Source: Dehalococcoidia bacterium
Lineage (GTDB): Bacteria > Chloroflexota > Dehalococcoidia > Bin125
Direction of reading: 5' to 3'
Assembly: GCA_963577225.1 (NCBI GenBank)
Contig: CAUYZA010000002.1
Location: forward strand, 1 to 38,730
Length of the DNA stretch: 38,730 nt
Position numbers and translations under genes: made by a program. Under the pieces are notes generated by a model. The model saw only the letters and a program-made list of their open reading frames with translations. It did no database searches and was not told the DNA's origin. Positions 37,037-38,730 of this stretch are shown here, piece after piece (position 1 is the stretch's first letter; every line of letters starts with the position of its first letter).

Positions 37037-37080
37037 CGCGTTCGGTCGTTGGCCCGGCCGGCCCGAAATCGCCCGCCGAG

Positions 37081-38730
37081 CTAGGTGTCGAAACTCAGAG
37101 TCGCTGAATTCCCCAAGATGAGGAACAAGCTGGTGCGACCGGCCAGTTCGGTGATTTGGTTGGTGGCCGCTGGAGCCGTTGGGCGCCAGGCGAGCCAGCG
37201 TTGCGTCGCGGCGTCGAAGGCGAAGGCTGCCGTCAGCCCATCGAGCTCGCCAGAAGCTGCTCGAGCGACACGGCCCCCGTGTAGGCGATGAGGTTCGAGC
37301 CGCTCGGGAGTGACACGTCGACGGTGCCGCCGATCGGCGTGAGATTGAGCAGCGTACTGCTGAAGGCGCCCGAGGTTTGGATGAACAGGCCATCGCCCGT
37401 CTGCACCTGATCGAGCGAGTTGAGGAACTCCAAGGCGCCCACCGTGAAGCGCTCGTACCTCTGCGTCGCCGAATTGAAGCGGAAGATTGCCACAACCTTG
37501 GATCCGAGGGAGCCGGCGAGATCCGCCGCGCTGATCTCCAGCCCGGTGTAGGTGATCGCGTTGAAGCCCGCGGCGAAATCCAGGGCCAAGCCCGGCAGCA
37601 CGAAGTCAATGTTCCAGCCGGCGAGTTGGGTCGGTAGCTCGCCGCCGACCTCGGCCGGAATGAGTCCGTCCAAGCTGTTGGCGGAGTCGAAGATCACTCC
37701 CTCCGGCGGGCGGTCCCAGCCATCGCTGAACGAGAAGCCGGTCGGCACGATGACGCGCAAGCAGCCATCGCCGAGGGTGGCAAGCTGCGCACCGGAACCG
37801 TAGCCGAGGCCCAGCGAGGTGGCTTCATCGAGCGCCGCGAGCTGGAAGTCGGCGTTGCTGAGCCCGGAGGCGCCGCAGTTGCTGTCCACCTGAGACGTTC
37901 GGATCTGGGCGCTGGCTGGCCCGGGGCCGTTGAAGTTGATGATCGGCGGACTGTCACCCAAGGCGCTGATGAACGGCACGTGGACCGCGCTGATGGCCGG
38001 ATCGTGGCCGCCACTGAGGATGGGGTTGTGCGCCCCGCTCAGGAGCGGGTTGTGCACGACGCTAACGATGGGGTCATGGAAGTCGCTGATGGTCGGGTCG
38101 TGGAAGGCACTCTCGATGGCCAGATGCGTCGCGCTGGCGATCGGTTCGTGCGGCGCACTCAGGTTCGCCTGGTGAGCGTTTCTGGTGATCGGTTGGTGCA
38201 GCTGACTGTCGGCCGCGGCGTGAGCACCGCTCAGCGCCTGGCTGTGCAGATCGCTGAGTGCGGCGACATGGGCGTTGCCGCTTATTGCCGGATCGTGGAT
38301 TCTGCTCTGGAGCGGGTCATGGATGGCGCTCTGCGCCGCGTCGTGCAAGCCGCTCACGACGGGGTCGTGCGCGGCGCTGAGGTTCGCGCCGTGCACGATC
38401 GAGATCACCGGGTCATGCAGCACGCTGAAGGTGGGGTCGTGCGCGCCGCTGAGCACCGCGTCGTGCAGGCCGCTGAGGAAGGGCGGGTGAACGCCGCTCA
38501 CAGCGGGGTCGTGGCCGCCGCTGAGGACGACGGAGTGTGCTCCGCTGAGCACGGCGTCATGTTGGCCGCTCAGCTCTGCCGTGTGCAGCACGCTGTCGGC
38601 CACCTCATGGCCGCCTGACAGGAACGGGGTGTGCCCGCCGCCGACGGCGCTCTGCGCCGGATCGTGCACCGCGCTGAGGGCCGGATCGTGGGCGCCGCTG
38701 ATCGCGGGATCGTGCGTCGCACTCAAGACC
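37081..38730 (-). pseudogene. partial (5' end outside window) repeat-rich surface protein: His-x4-Ser octapeptide array, Cys-containing domain, two C-terminal modules; frameshifted near 37237
   Basis: Track ORF 37233..38726 is still open at the window edge, so its TTG start is an artefact. After TGA 37233 the adjacent frame reads LTAAFAFDAATQRWLAWRPTAPAATNQITELAGRTSLFLILGNSATLSFDT and stops at 37081-37083. This completes a second copy of the module seen at about 37368-37568. Confidence 0.75.
37959..38730 (-). repeat. degenerate 24-nt coding periodicity (octapeptide H-D-P-x-[ILV]-S-[GA]-x), at least 31 units
   Basis: His falls at ORF residues 5, 13, 21, 32, 40, 48 ... 241, 249. Of the 30 spacings, 28 are exactly 8 residues. 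Ser lies 5 residues after His in 30 of 31 units. Confidence 0.9.

Noticed and set aside
4073-37239. Programmed ribosomal frameshifting or transcriptional slippage as the explanation for the eight frame jumps.
   Set aside because: I see no X-XXY-YYZ slippery heptamer or downstream structure at the sites. The runs are short (2-5 nt), the shifts go in both directions, and the affected genes are unrelated. Error or mutation is simpler.
37085-37291. Plus-strand 68-aa ORF in the apparent gap after the octapeptide gene.
   Set aside because: The minus strand here encodes the missing two-thirds of a repeated C-terminal module in a GC3-rich frame, which explains the region better.
508-38618. Many long overlapping or antisense ORFs: 508..1350, 1235..2248, 3929..5077, 11284..12678, 18950..19942, most of 21840..22817, 25019..25825, 26094..27152, 31028..32314, 31944..32813, 34990..35844, 36213..36821 and 37980..38618.
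   Set aside because: These are the stop-poor shadow frames typical of GC-rich DNA. They have Arg/Ala/Pro/Gly-biased composition and no family resemblance, and each overlaps a gene with clear homology signatures.
34703-38730. Tandem repeats as a possible CRISPR array.
   Set aside because: The 9-nt units have no spacers, and the 24-nt periodicity is degenerate and in-frame coding. No cas genes are present.
1-38730. Mobile element, prophage, defence island or genomic-island boundaries.
   Set aside because: I found no integrase, transposase, recombinase, terminal inverted repeats, tRNA attachment site, or recognisable defence or toxin-antitoxin genes. Composition looks uniform apart from the short HU upstream region.

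Overview
This is a GC-rich bacterial chromosomal window (roughly two-thirds G+C by eye) with strong GGAGG-type ribosome-binding sites. I call about 36 protein genes. I found no rRNA or tRNA, no CRISPR array, and no transposase, integrase or phage genes. Most genes are catabolic. They include two LLM-class flavin/F420 oxidoreductases, an F420-type nitroreductase, three family-III CoA-transferases, two crotonases, a 3-hydroxyacyl-CoA dehydrogenase, two amidohydrolase-type enzymes and gamma-glutamyltransferase. There is also an oxalyl-CoA decarboxylase / 2-hydroxyacyl-CoA lyase operon (22206-29019). The content looks like Chloroflexota or Actinomycetota, but taxonomy cannot be fixed from this window. 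Five points deserve a second look. (1) The right end carries two convergent surface-protein genes. One is a partial gene with at least 31 phased His-x4-Ser octapeptide repeats that I cannot place in any known repeat family. The other is an IPT/TIG multi-module adhesin with 11 perfect in-frame copies of GCCGCCACC. Both genes end in the same C-terminal module. (2) Recognisable proteins jump frame by one base at eight sites, all in or next to short G/C runs, and there is one clear in-frame TAG plus one less certain in-frame TGA. Every gene with export or surface features is affected. This is either homopolymer sequencing error or real decay or switching of surface genes, and it changes gene boundaries either way. 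(3) An LLM monooxygenase is followed by an untracked 58-aa Cys4 zinc-ribbon ORF that ends in Gly, and it lies divergent to a peptidyl-hydroxyglycine-lyase-like NHL propeller. This is a speculative peptide-amidation-like trio. (4) An AmmeMemoRadiSam radical SAM gene sits without its usual partners, 18 nt after a hydantoinase. (5) A polytopic permease is fused to a CRTAC1-type FG-GAP/ASPIC domain. All start sites and motif assignments were made by eye and from memory of protein families. No database search was run.
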